DNA of 64,000 nucleotides, from positions 15,314,001-15,378,000 of the forward strand of contig OX597835.1 of NCBI GenBank assembly GCA_951406725.2, in the 5' to 3' direction. The stretch comes from Octopus vulgaris. Lineage: Eukaryota. The notes beneath the pieces were generated by a model, which was given only the letters and a program-made list of their open reading frames with translations, made no database searches and was not told the origin of the DNA. Made by a program: the position numbers and the translations under genes. Shown here in pieces: positions 12,017-26,280 of this stretch (position 1 is its first letter; the number at the start of each line of letters is the position of its first letter).

Positions 12017-13354
12017 CGAAGGTGTTTGGGTGAGACGAGCGAAAAAGTTTGCGAAGTCAATTTGCAAGAATTTAGCAGACAACTGAAGTTGCTCTGATTA
12101 GCGTTAGAAGAATACCATTGTTTTTCTAAGAATTAAGGTGACCTTCCAGGAATGAAGGGAGGAAATTTGCTCGAGTGATTTCATCATCGTAAGCAGTGGT
12201 GCATAAAACGAAATCTACGTGAAGAAATGCCAATGATTGATTAAAGCACAATACGGAATGTAGGCTCTTCTTTCTTGGACAATGAGAAGAATTTTCTCCT
12301 TCGATAAATTTGGTACAGCTTCGGTTCTGAGTTGAACCCCGCCGCTGCTACTATTACAATTTCAGCAATCGAAGATGTCATCAACTAAATTCAACAAAAT
12401 GACCCCTAATATTGCCAGGGAGATATCGATCGATCAGTAAAACCCATTGATGAAACACAACCGACTAAGTGGATTAAAAGCAAGAATTTAAAGCGACGGC
12501 GAAGAAGATATTTTCCATAATAGGAGCAGGTGTGGTTGCGTGGTTAAGATGGTCGCTTCGCAACAACATGGTTTCAGGTTCAGTCCTACTGTCAGGAAAC
12601 TTTTGGCAAATGTTTTCTACTGTAGCTCTGGACTACCCAATGCCTTATTAGTGAATTTGCTTGACGGGACTGAGGGAGAAAAACGGGGATAGAGAGAGGC
12701 GGGGTAGAGAACTAATTTAGGTATTGTTTTTAAATTAGAGGAAGAAGACCCACATTGGTAACAATTGGAGACATTTCTAGGCAAATGAGAGATCAATAAG
12801 GTTGAAGTTCAGTTAAGAATTTCTATCGGCTGACATTAAAATAACAAATGTTGTGTGTGTTTGTGGGGGGGGGAGACATGCCACGTTTGTAACAACTAAA
12901 GAATTAGACCTCAACATTGTTAGAAATAGAGTACTGATTGTATTAAATGAAACAGGAATGGGACACTTACGTTAAGAACTCTGGGTTTCCCGGCAGCAGC
13001 GATTTAATTCGTACTCGCTTTCGTTCTTCGGTCGTTGCAAGCATCTATTAATAGAATATTAAATGCGGAATTCTGTCTGTTCGTCTGTCTGGGGCCCCTG
13101 TATCTCAGTCTACATATGCTCTGCATAGACATATTGTACCATTTTGGAATCAGAATGTTCCTGGGATTGAAAATCTGCCCTTCATTTGGTTCTTGAACAT
13201 CCAGCATTGGGATCAGGCCTGGATGAGGTTTTGTTATAAGCTAACAGTTGAAAATTCAAATTTTAAAAGAACTCCGAACATTTGTGTCAACATACAAGCT
13301 TTTCATTTAAATTGAATTTAAAGTAATGCCACACTGGTAGGGTGATATCATATT

Positions 13355-13876
13355 TATTGCCTCCGCCTTAGCGAAGGCGGAGGTATTGTTTTCAGTCGCG
13401 TTTGTTTGTCCGTGGACAAATACTCAGGGACGCCTGCTGGATGAAAAATAAACTACACTGACTCTCACAGTCACCGAGGATATCCTTATAGTATTCTTTC
13501 ACAAATGGCTACAAAGCAAGACATGAACGCCACCGTTCTCAAGATATCTCAAGATATCTCAAGAACCGATATCTCAAGAACAGCTAGATGGATTCGGATG
13601 AAAATTTCAGAGATGTTTGGCCTCGTGACTGGCACGAACTTATTAGATTTTGGGATCGATCGGATATCGGACAAGGATTCTGGATTATTTTTCCAGTTTT
13701 TTTTTTTTTTTTTGCTTAATTTTTGAGAGTGGTCAGGTTCATTTTTACTATTCTCGTTTGTGAGAGCAGTCGAGTTTATTTCAGATATTCTCATTTTAAA
13801 AATCATCTCCGGCTAATCGTTGAGAGGACGTTGGTGTTGTCTTGGCAGAGGTTTGCGTTCTCTGAGTGCTCTTGTT
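13355..13876 (+). mobile_element. Helentron-type non-autonomous element (HINE/DINE-1-like) carrying a 122-bp local insert
   Basis: 5' GCCTCCGCCTT..AAGGCGGAGGT hairpin, (GTTT) microsatellite, 3' subterminal GGCAGAGG then GCGTTCTCTGAGTGC hairpin, T-rich flanks. Confidence 0.7.
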
Positions 13877-14736
13877 ATTATTTCTCTCTTTAGTTTTTGG
13901 GCCTCAGGCCCAATTAGCCCTCCACGGGAACCAGCTTAAAAGTCCGCACAGAGTGCGATTTTTAAGCCAGTGTTTAATACAGGAGAGAAGACAGTAAAAT
14001 GAAAGAAGAAACAGTAAAAGAAAATTTCTTATGTAGTCACCAATCTAACTCTGATATCCACAAGGGATTTACTGTGCAACGCCATATTGTTTTCGTGAAG
14101 TGGCTTCGAATAAAATTGCCATTTTCTGCAGCATCAGCGAAGTCCAAACTCTGCTTGATCATATAAGTAATGCCTGATATTTATTGATCTTCGAGTAAAA
14201 AGATATAAATAACCAGTCTAGTTCTTCATTTCCAGTTACTAGTCAATCCTACTGTCGAAAATATTCTTTCTGTGTGTGTATGCGAGAGAGGTTTACAGGT
14301 CATGATAAATGTAATCAGAACTACTTCAAATGCTTGATGGGTCTTCTTGGTTTCGGTTCGTAATTCTGAAGTAGAATACCAAAAAAAAAAAAAAAAAAAA
14401 AAAAGGAAAGAAAAGAAAGAAAGAATTCATTTTCTGCAACGGAAAGCATTTTTGATATGAAATTAAATGAGATTTTGTGTCTGTGCCGATATGTTTTTCC
14501 AACCCAAAAAATCACATGATCAAATTTGAATCGAATGTTGCCAAGCCATGTTTGGCCAGTGCATGGCTTAATAGCTTGCACCACACTTTCGCTAATTATT
14601 TTAGGTACCTTCGTAAACGCCAGCAGACATACACACCCTCACGACTCTACCACCCTTGACCCAGCAGAACATTGAGCATATGACAATTGAAGGGCGAAAG
14701 GTCAGCATCAGCACTCGACCGGTAATCATCTGCCTA

Positions 14737-14968
14737 AGGCGGCGAGCTGGCAGAAACGTTAGCAAGCCGGGCGAAATGCTTAGCGGTATTTCGTCTGCCG
14801 TTACGTTGTGAGTTCAAATTCCGCCGAAGTCGACTTTGCTTTTCATCCTTTCGGGGTCGATAAATTAAGTACCAGTTACGCACTGGGGTCGATATAATCG
14901 ACTTAATACCTATATCTGTCCTTGTTTGTCCCCTCTGTGTTTAGCCCCTTGTGGGTAGTAAATAAATA
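14737..14968 (+). mobile_element. SINE family B, full-length monomer
   Basis: A-box-like TGGCAGAAACG, B-box GAGTTCAAATTC; 16-bp TSD GGTAATCATCT(G/A)CCTA. Confidence 0.9.
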
Positions 14969-15249
14969 GGTAATCATCTACCTAGGGTTATGTCAGGCTG
15001 ATGGTTTGGAATAAAGCTAAAATGGCGCTATACATGACTACCTGTGACTAAAAAAATATTCAAGATCTTTTTCATGAATAGAAAAATTATTAAACATGTA
15101 TATTCAATACGTATTTATTACAATTCGATTTTAAAATCGAGCCATCTCATGACTGAGCAGTGGGGGAGGGGGTTCGATGTAATCATCTTGGCCCCCCCTC
15201 TTCCAAAACTGCCAGCCATGTGCCAAAATTTGAAGCGAATATATTTGAT

Positions 15250-15658
15250 TACTCTTTTACTCTTTTACTTGTTTCAGTCATTTGACTGCGGCCGCGCTGG
15301 AGCACCACCTTTAGTCGAGCAAATCGACCCCGGGACTTATTCGTTGTAAGCCCAGTACTTATTCTATCGGTCTCTTTTGCCGAACCGCTAAGTGACAGGG
15401 ACGTAAACACGCCAGCATCGGTTGTCAAGCAATGCTAGGGGGACAAACACAGACACACAAACACACACACATATATATATATGTATACATATATACGACA
15501 GGCTTCTTTCAGTTTCCGTCTACCAAATCCACTCACAAGGCATTGGTCAGCCCGGGGCTATAGCAGAAGACACTTGCCCAAGATGCCACGCAGTGGGACT
15601 GAACCCGGAACCATGTGGTTGGTTAGCAAGCTACTTACCACACAGCCACTCCTGCGCC
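15250..15658 (-). mobile_element. SINE family C, full length
   Basis: Near-identical to 9981-10375; (AAAAGAGT)n tail. Confidence 0.9.
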
Positions 15659-15885
15659 TATTGTATATTGTTGTAGCAAAACGAAACACGGTATTCCTGC
15701 TGACAATTAATTTCTATAATATTTTTTTACCGCTCAGACTCTCAATCAAAATTTAAAGATACTTTAAAATTTAATGAGACAATTTTCTATTGTTAATATG
15801 TCAACAAAATTAGTTGTTTAAACGGTTTTCGTTGTCTTTCGCAGAGGTTGGCGATAACATCTTCCATAGAAAGAAAAGCAAGTTT

Positions 15886-16392
<507 letters not shown>

Positions 16393-17009
16393 AGAAGAAA
16401 AGAGCAAAAGAAGATTGCAGAGACGAGGATAAACGAAGATGTCTGCACTTAGATAAAGAGAGACGTGCAGATCTAGTAAAAAAAGAGAAATATCGAAACG
16501 AAATTAGATTACGCGTTCCCCTCCACATTTTTTATTTTCTGTAAATCTAGAACAGTACGTTTCACGAATTATTGAACACACACTGCTCTCCAGATCATTT
16601 CAATAACGGATCGTATTTCAGGACCTTTATTTCAAGACCAATAGCTCTGAAACCTAAGAATCTGTGGAATACAATTTCAACATTGAATTTCTGGAAACTT
16701 GCTTCTTCTGTTATTACTGCCTTGAGTCAAGGGAAACGAGAGAACGATAGCAGCCGTCGTGATCATAGAAACCCACCATTGCAAGATCTAGATGGATGAC
16801 TAGATTTATATAACTGATATATATATATGTTTAGCTGGGAGATAAGGGGGGCGGCGGGGGAGGCGGGGGGAATTTGTACGGATCTGTACGAATACTGGCT
16901 TACCTGTATGGGGTGTACTTGGAGAAGCGTTTATGTGAAAGCATAGAAAACACTTGCATATGCGCGCGTGTTCCGTGTGAGTGTGTGAGTAAACGATACT
17001 CAAACAGGT

Positions 17010-17063
17010 ACACACACATATACGTACATACATATATACATACATACATGTGTGTGTATGTAA

Positions 17064-17120
<57 letters not shown>

Positions 17121-17205
17121 GATATATATACATATATATACATATATATATACATATATATACATATATATATACATATATATATATATATACATATATA
17201 TATAC

Positions 17206-17241
<36 letters not shown>

Positions 17242-17400
17242 ATTATATATATATATATACATGTACATATATATACATATATATACATATATATACATAT
17301 ATATACATATATATACATATATATACATATATATACATATATATATATATACATATATATACATATATATATATACATATATATACATATATACACATAT

Positions 17401-17435
<35 letters not shown>

Positions 17436-17436
17436 C

Positions 17437-17486
<50 letters not shown>

Positions 17487-17675
17487 TATCACCACATACG
17501 TATATATAATTATTTTAAATACGAATGTATGCATATAGATGAGTAGATATATACATACATACATACGTACATAAATGCATGTATTTGTATGTGTGTGTAT
17601 GTGTGCGTGTGAATGTCTTTGCGTGTGTGTGTGTGTATGTGTATGTGTGTGTGTATGCATACGTGTGTGTGTGTT
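17010..17675. repeat. Compound (TA)n/(TACA)n/(TG)n microsatellite
   Basis: One of many long arrays; others at about 5090-5610, 7720-8600, 21546-21810, 31700-32545, 35505-35850, 42400-42890, 43975-44330, 53335-53535 and 60645-61185. Confidence 0.95.
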
Positions 17676-18039
17676 AATAAAAGATGATTATATGTAAAGA
17701 TAAGATCCAAAGATCAATGTGTAGGAAGTTAGTAAGCTTCAAGGAGACTGTAGAAGGTATACAAAACCAACTTCCAGGAACAACTGTGGTTTATTGACCT
17801 CGAAGGTTGTAAATTTTTCCCATATCGAAGTTCGATAACCTGGAAATAATTATTTTTATAGTTCACGGCTTGTTACTGAGGTTGCTATGAATGCGAATAA
17901 AATTCCAAATTTTGGGAAGGGAATGGAACAGGTAAAATCCAAGCTACATATGTTTCCTAGCTGGTAGAACCCCGGAAGTAGTAATTACCCTAACGAAGGG
18001 TGCTCCATTGACTGCTCATCATACTATGTACGTAGGTTT

Positions 18040-18210
18040 GACGTAGGAGTTGCTTGTGGCAAAAACTTTTGCTTCCCAACCACAGGGTTCCGAGTTCAGT
18101 CCTACTGCGTGGCACCTTGGGTAAGTGTTTTCTATTGTAGCATGGGGCCGACCAAAGCCTTGTAAGTGTATTTAGTGGAAAGAAACTGAAAGAAGCACAT
18201 ATAGATAGAT

Positions 18211-18281
<71 letters not shown>

Positions 18282-18283
18282 GG

Positions 18284-18347
<64 letters not shown>

Positions 18348-18368
18348 CAGACAGAGAGACAGATGAGT

Positions 18369-18428
<60 letters not shown>

Positions 18429-18442
18429 GAGATAGATGGATG

Positions 18443-18529
<87 letters not shown>

Positions 18530-18740
18530 GTGTGTGTGTCTGTTTGTTTGTCTCACCATTACCACCACTCTTTGACAACCGGTGTAGGTATATTTATGTC
18601 CCTATAAATTAGCGGTTCGGCAAAAGAGTACGATAGAGTACCAGGCTTCAAAAAAAATAAAAGTATTCAACTAAAATTTTCAAAGTTGTGCTCCAGCATG
18701 GCCGAAGTCTACAGAGTGAAACTAGTAAAAAATAAAAGAT
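18040..18740 (+). mobile_element. Diverged SINE family C with (GATA)n/(GACA)n expansion
   Basis: Head and tail motifs flank a tetranucleotide array of about 330 bp. Confidence 0.8.
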
Positions 18741-18747
18741 GTATACA

Positions 18748-19057
18748 TAGTAAAATCGATTAAAAATAAAGGCCAGTGAACTTGTCGTGGTGAGTGGAAA
18801 ATTTAACGTTTCGGATACAAATCCTTCTTCAGAGAAAAGTTAAAAGGAGAGAAGCCAATGATTCACATCAGGGTTTAATATCCCCTGAGCCAAAAAATGC
18901 TTCAGCCAAATGTTTTTAACATAGAGGATGTAAACGTCTGCTGTCATTCATTAATTTCTCTCCTTTCAACTTTACTCTGAAAAAGGACTTAGTCCGAAAC
19001 GTTAAGTTTTCCACTCACCACGGCAAGTTCACTATACCCTTTTTATCGATTTAACTA
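18748..19057. mobile_element. Inverted-repeat element with hammerhead-like motif in both arms (PLE-derived)
   Basis: Arms at about 18748-18852 and 18956-19057; each reads outward CTGAA(G/A)A-AGGA..TCC-GAAAC-GTTA. Confidence 0.65.
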
Positions 19058-19238
19058 AATGATACAAAGCTTTCCGACTCAGACCAACATCAGTCTCTTT
19101 GGAGCCTATTTGATCATATATGTGTGTGCGTGTGTGTGTGCGTGTGTGTGTGCGCGTGTGTGTGTGTGTGTGTGTAAAGAGAGAGAGATAGAGATAGATA
19201 GGTAGATAGATAGATAGATAGATAGATAGGTAGGTAGG

Positions 19239-19302
<64 letters not shown>

Positions 19303-19341
19303 AAGGCAGACAGACAGATAGAGATGCATACACCCACACGG

Positions 19342-19375
<34 letters not shown>

Positions 19376-19467
19376 CATGGTTATAGGCCTATATAAATAT
19401 ATATACATACATACATGCATGCATATAGACGTGTATATATATATATATATACATACACACACACACA

Positions 19468-19498
<31 letters not shown>

Positions 19499-20130
19499 GC
19501 ACAGGTATAGACAGAATGAGAGGGAAAGAGGGAGGGAAGGGGAGGAGAGGGAGAGAGAGGGTGGAGAGGGAGAGAGAGGGTGGAGAGAGAGAGAGAGGAG
19601 AAAGAGTTTTATTGAGTTATATCATCTAAATAGGTCAACATATTTTCTTCTTTCCTTCCTTCTTTTTTTTCTGTTTTCTTCTTATTCTACACCATTTTGC
19701 CTCTCAGAATGTCGCCATGATGCGTTCCGAAATTCTGGAGACTTTAATCAAGATTTTAAGCAATAATCATACATTACGAGATAAACAGAATTATTATTCC
19801 TCTTTGATCTTAAACTAAAAGCCTGAAGAACAATCAGATAAATAATCATATGGAATCGTTAGAACACCTTTTTGATCTGACGAGCATAAGAAACCGAAAA
19901 ATATTTAAATTCGTATAGAAATAGAAGTTACTTTAAAGATAAAAGATACACAAAGAATCTTAATATTTCTTCGGAATATTATATTCTATTGGCGCTGGTA
20001 ATAAATAAGATATAAGTAGCTCCAGGCGAGATTTTTACTTTTAATGACCAGAAGGTTTCTTTGGTACATTATAGATGGGGTTTGCAATTGCTTTCTTTTG
20101 GAGTTCAATTTATCCTCCATGTGTGTGTGT

Positions 20131-20203
<73 letters not shown>

Positions 20204-20504
20204 CAATCAGGAGTAATCGATCTTTAAGCTTAACAGATCAAATATCTTGAACACTTTGCAGATCACCGGTGGGGAATAACACGACATTATACAACGATTT
20301 TTATGAGTTCGGCCGTTTAAAGTGACAGATTTATGCTATTGAATTTCCACTGTTGAATTTGGTAACACGTAGCATTCTAAAGACACGTGTGTGTGTGTGT
20401 CTGTGTGTGTGTGTGCGTATCTACAGGAACTTGTTAACTACAACTGCTTTCAAATATGTGTGTATGTTTGTGTTTATGAGCGTGCGGATGTGTGTGTAAG
20501 TGTG

Positions 20505-21025
20505 CGTGTCATTATTCAGTTTTATTCCAAGATTTCTCGCCAATAGAGAAAGAGCCGGTTTCTAACCTAGATCCAAGGCTCCTTCATTGGAATTTTAACA
20601 GCATCAACAGGGTATTTTTGTATGTATGTATGTATGTATGTATGTATGTATGTATGTATGTATGTATCTATGTATGTATGTATGTATGTATCTATGTATG
20701 TATGTATGTGCGTATGTATATATGTACGTGTGTATGTATGTATCTATCTGTCTATCAATGTATGTATGTATGTATCTATCTATCTTTGCGCATATTTGTA
20801 TGTTTTATGTATATATTCTTATGCATATAGTTGCATTCTAGACATGCTCATTTATACTCAAATGATAAACGTCTGAAAAGTTTTACAGATTTTTACAGTT
20901 CCAGTGATGGATTGAATCTGTAGTCTTCGATCAGCTTTCTCCTTTCTGGATTTGAGAAACCTAATTTCTCAAGATTGGCATTTAGGTAGTGTGTTACATA
21001 TCCCAGTGCCCCAATAATTACTGGT
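20505..21025 (-). pseudogene. R4/Dong-like (RLE-type) LINE 3' end
   Basis: Minus strand reads PVIIGALGYVTHYLNANLEKLGF.. then, after a frameshift, RRLQIQSITGTVKICKTFQTFII*. The P-V-I-I-G-A-L-G motif is typical of the RLE C-terminus. The 3' UTR extent is inferred. Confidence 0.7.
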
Positions 21026-21306
21026 TTATTCTTCCAGAACGTCAAACTGCTACACCTGCTGCTTGTTGTTCCCTCACCTGTCTTCGTCTTTTGTTTTCTG
21101 TAAATTTGAACTCTATATTAAATACGCTCACGCGGTCACCCCAGTTTGATCCTGCCTGACCGAGTTTTCTCCTCTCTTGGACTCTCACCTCTCCTACCGT
21201 CTGCGCGAAGTTTCGATACCTCACCTCATCCACCAAACCATTATTCCACTCGCGTTACCATTGGATCTTCGAACTCTTTTGGACACTACCACCATGGATC
21301 TTATAC

Positions 21307-21353
<47 letters not shown>

Positions 21354-21543
21354 TGTTTGTGTGTGTGTGTGTGTATACGACGGGCTTCTTTCAGTTTCCA
21401 TCTACCAACTCCACTCACAAGGCTTTGGTCGGCCCGAGGTTATAGTAGAAGACACGACACTTGCCCAAGGTACCACGCAATGGGACTGAAACCAGGGCCA
21501 TGTGGTTGGTAAGCAAGCTTCTTACCACACAGCCATTCCTGCG

Positions 21544-21599
<56 letters not shown>

Positions 21600-21600
21600 G

Positions 21601-21692
<92 letters not shown>

Positions 21693-21780
21693 TATATATC
21701 TATATACATATTCATATATATCTATATACATATTCATATATATTTATGTGTGTGTGTGTATGTATGTATGTATGTATGTA

Positions 21781-21811
<31 letters not shown>

Positions 21812-22014
21812 TCCTCTAACAGGTGGAATAACATAGGCAAATTCCTACAGTTCCGCTAATAAATCGCCCTGAATGGGTAGAGATTTCTTTGTCGACCCCA
21901 AAAGGATGAAAAGGAGAATTGGCATTGGGGGAGTTTGACCTCACAGAAGTAGGGAGTCAGAGCAGTTACTGCGATATGTTCTATCTAATGTTTTAACGAC
22001 TCTGCCAATTAGCC

Positions 22015-22220
22015 ATCATTTCATCAACAACATCATCATCACAATCATCATCAACGTCGTCGTCGTCATCATCACTACCATCACCATCTTCATCATCACA
22101 ATCATCATCATCTTCATCATCATCACCATCATCATCATCACCATCATCATCATCACCATCATCATCATCTTCATCATCATCATCATCGTCATCATCATCA
22201 TCATCATCTTCATCATCATC

Positions 22221-22252
<32 letters not shown>

Positions 22253-22270
22253 CATCATCATCTTCATCAT

Positions 22271-22301
<31 letters not shown>

Positions 22302-22324
22302 TTCATCACCATCTTCATCATCAC

Positions 22325-22367
<43 letters not shown>

Positions 22368-22391
22368 TTCATCATCACAATCATCATCATC

Positions 22392-22428
<37 letters not shown>

Positions 22429-22431
22429 CAG

Positions 22432-22473
<42 letters not shown>

Positions 22474-22538
22474 CAATCATCATCATCTTCATCATCATCA
22501 CCATCATCATCACCATCATCATCATCTTCATCATCACC

Positions 22539-22584
<46 letters not shown>

Positions 22585-22598
22585 CAATCATCATCATC

Positions 22599-22629
<31 letters not shown>

Positions 22630-22700
22630 CAATCCTCCTCATCATCATCATCATCTTCATCGTCATCATCATCATCATCATCATTATCCTCTTCATCAAC
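22015..22700. repeat. (CAT)n trinucleotide array, about 690 bp
   Basis: Imperfect ATC repeat; the source of the poly-Met ORF. Confidence 0.95.
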
Positions 22701-23872
22701 GCTTGGGCATTACTGTCTCGATTTCCAGAACTCATAAGGCCGGTTTACCCATGAATGCCGGGATGCCAACCTTTGCAGGGTTACTTATTGATGAGCTGAA
22801 TGCGCTTGCAGCAATGTGAAATGAAATGTCTTGCTCAAGAAGGCAATGCATACCACTGCCCGAGAATTGAAGCCACAATCTTGCACTCGTGAATACAAAA
22901 TCCACACCAAAAGGTTACAGGTGAAATTTATAAATATCTTTGAAGTGAGTTGATTTGACTTACTCCCAGATCAATTAGTTTCTCGTGATTTAAGACAATT
23001 AACATAACTTCAATACTAATTACATCAGCGGAACAGTATTGCTCTTAACTGATATCTTCATTCCAAATTTTATTTGAAATGGAAGCAATTTTGGGTAATA
23101 ATACGTTTGTATGGAAGAAACAAAATTTAGATGTTTGAATTTATTTTTACAAATTTGTGAGTGAAATTGAAGTGAAAATCAAATTCCCGAAAGATGAGTT
23201 TTCTGGGGGTTTTTTTAAACATGACAATAAATGATTTAGAAAAAGTTATTGGGAGAATAACTGAGAGGAAATGGAAACGAAACAATTGAAGATAAGACAA
23301 ATGACTGGGGAGACGTCGAAAGAGAAAGAAGAATGGGTAAGAAATGAAGGCAAGAATTATGAAAAGGAGAAAGAAATAAGAGATAAAAGAATTTCAGAAA
23401 CTGAGAAAAAAAAATAACGTGTGAAGTAAATAGAACCGAGAGAAAATTAGTGAAATATAAAAAAAACAATTGGAAAATGGAAGAAGTAGAGGATGGCAAA
23501 ATGAAAGCATGGAAGAAGAGATAAAAATATGAGCGAAAAATTATAGTGACAAGAAAATAAGTTGGGAATAAGGAAAGAATGAAATAAAGGAAAGAAAGAC
23601 ACAAGATTGAAATGGCAGTTTTGAAGACGGAAAAATATATTAAGGATGGAAAATCGTTTGTGAAGAATAATTGAATTCCTTCGAAGCAGTTAAGAAGTAA
23701 TAACTGCAATAATTTATGGTTAAAAGCACCGATTAGTTAATAAATATCAGTTTGGGTTATGTAATCTGGTTAAGTTATAGGGCTCGGCTATGTGGTTAGA
23801 GGTAGAAAATTCTTTCAAATTTTCGTACAAGAGATGGCAATTTTAAAGCTAAGGTATAAGTCGACTATATCA

Positions 23873-24385
23873 ATCCCAGTATCTGATTGTACTTTATTTT
23901 ATCGACCCCAGTGTCTGATTGTACTTTATTTTATCGACCCCAGTGTCTGATTGTACTTTATTTTATCGACCCCAGTGTCTGATTGTACTTTATTTTATCG
24001 ACCCCAGTGTCTGATTGTACTTTATTTTATCGACCCCAGTGTCTGATTGTACTTTATTTTATCGACCCCAGTATCTGATTGTACTTTATTTTATCGACCC
24101 CAGTGTCTGATTGTACTTTATTTTATCGACCCCAGTGTCTGATTGTACTTTATTTTATCGACCCCAGTGTCTGATTGTACTTTATTTTATCGACCCCAGC
24201 GTCTGATTGTACTTTATTTTATCGACCCCAGCGTCTGATTGTACTTTATTTTATCGACCCCAGCGTCTGATTGTACTTTATTTTATCGACCCCAGTATCT
24301 GATTGTACTTTATTTTATTGACCCCAGAGTCTGGTTGTACTTTATTTTATCGACCCCAGTGTCTGAGTGTACTTTATTTTATCGA
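23873..24385. repeat. 32-bp minisatellite (about 16 copies) derived from the SINE B core
   Basis: Unit CCCAGTGTCTGATTGTACTTTATTTTATCGAC, embedded in a minus-strand SINE B that resumes at 24386. Confidence 0.95.
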
Positions 24386-24708
24386 TCACGAAAGGATGAA
24401 TGGCAAAGTTGACCTCGGCGGGAAAATTTTGGCAAAAGGCCGGCAATTCTGAGCGGAGGGTTATCAGTCGGTTACATCGACCTCAGTATTTGACTGGTAC
24501 TTTGTTTTATTGAATTCGAAAAGATGAAAGGCAAAGTTGACCACGGCAGAATTTGAACTCAGAACGTAAACTGCCGGAAGAAATACCACTAAGCATTTTG
24601 TCCGACACGTTAACCATTCCGACAGCACGCTACCTTGGAGCATCAGCGACAATAATAATTGTTTCCAGTCTTGATACAAGACCAGCAATTTTATGAGATG
24701 GGGTTAGC

Positions 24709-25083
24709 CATCGCTGAATTAACAACCATTAGGGCATCGAGGGGAGGAGGGGAACACCGCAGAAATAGTAAATGGTTTACGGCACAAAAGAAATCACTTT
24801 AAACTCGCTAAAATAATATTCGAGATGCCTTTATCTCTACTAAGTGTGTGTGTTACCTAAGATTAATTTTGAGAATCAGATCAAAGACTTTGCAATTCAA
24901 AAAAGTAGGAGGAAACTTTTCAAATATAAAGTGAAATTATACAAAGATAAACATTATTCTCCCTCTTATTGTTTTGTTGTTTTATGGTTTGTTATTGTTT
25001 ATATTTTGAATTACATAATCTTTTATGGGGGCACGAAAATCTTTTAAGTGCTTAGGGCCTCGATGGATCTTAATCCGGCCCTG
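24709..25083 (+). mobile_element. Internally deleted hAT element
   Basis: Perfect 8-bp TSD GGGTTAGC; imperfect TIRs CATCGCTGAATTAA / TTAATCCGGCCCTG; retains KINFENQIKDFAIQKSRRK, resembling the extreme C-terminus of a hAT transposase. Confidence 0.8.
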
Positions 25084-25230
25084 GGGTTAGCCAATTACTT
25101 TAACACCAGTCTCTGACGGTTTTTCAAGTCATTCTTACAAGCTTCTCTATATGCGCAGGTATGGTTGTGTGGCACCGGGTTCGATCACACGGCATGGCAC
25201 ACTTGGCAGGTATCTAGCATCAAGTAGCAG

Positions 25231-25264
<34 letters not shown>

Positions 25265-25479
25265 ATTTATTTTTGTCCGTCCCACCAACAGCGCTTGATG
25301 TCCGTGGCTGGTTTGTTCAGGTCCCAGTAACTTAGCAGTTCAGCAAAAGAGAACGATAAAAATGGGAATAAACTTTGAAAAGAACAAGTAGTGGGGTCGG
25401 TTTGTTCGGCTTAACCCTTCAATGTGTTTCCCCTGCATGGTTGCAATCCGATCACTGAAACAAGAAAACGACTAAAAAA

Positions 25480-26280
25480 CTAAAAGAAAAAAGACTAAAA
25501 AGACAATAAGAGAATAAAAGAATAAAAGAATGAAAGAATAGAATAATAAAAGAATGAAAGAATAAAAGAATGAAAGAATAAAAGAATAAAAGAATAAAAG
25601 AATAAAAGAATAAAAGAATGAAAGAATAAAAGAATGAAAGAATAAAAGAATGAAAGAATAGAATAATAAAAGAATGAAAGAATAAAAGAATGAAAGAATA
25701 GAATAATAAAAGAATAAGAGAATAAAAGAATAAAAGAATTTAATAAAAGAATGAAAGAATAAAAGAATGAAAGAATGAAAGAATAAAAGAATGAAAGAAT
25801 AAAAGAATTTAATAAAAGAATGAAAGAATAAAAGAATGAAAGAATAAAAGAATGAAAGAATGAAAGAATGAAAGAGTAAAAGAATGAAAGAATTAAAGAA
25901 TAAAAGAATGAAAGAATTAAAGAATGAAAGAATAAAAAAATAAAAGAATAAAAGAATTAAAGAATAAAAGAATGAAAGAATGAAAGAATAAAAGAATAAA
26001 AGAATGAAAGAATGAAAGAATAAAAGAATGAAAGAATAAAAGAACGAAAGAATAAAAGAATGAAAGAATAAAAGAATTAAAGAATAAAAGAATGAAAGAA
26101 TAAAAGAACGAAAGAATAAAAGAATGAAAGAATAAAAGAATAAAAGAATGAAAGAATGAAAGAATAAAAGAATAAAATAATAAAAGAATTAAAGAATAAA
26201 ATAATAAAAGAATTAAAAGAATAAAATAATAAAAGAATTAAAGAATAAAAGAATGAAAGAATGAAAGAATAAAAGAATAT
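25480..26280. repeat. 8-bp tandem repeat (AAAGAAT[A/G])n grown from a SINE C tail
   Basis: About 800-bp array directly following the 3' end of a degenerate SINE C (25150-25480). Confidence 0.9.

Noticed and set aside
16551-16799. About 82-codon open frame after a possible acceptor
   Set aside because: No motif or partner exon was found; insufficient support.
22016-22735. 239-aa poly-Met ORF
   Set aside because: It is a translation of a (CAT)n microsatellite.
23873-24385. CRISPR-like array of 32-bp repeats
   Set aside because: The units are contiguous with no unique spacers, derive from a SINE core, and there are no cas genes; the context is eukaryotic.
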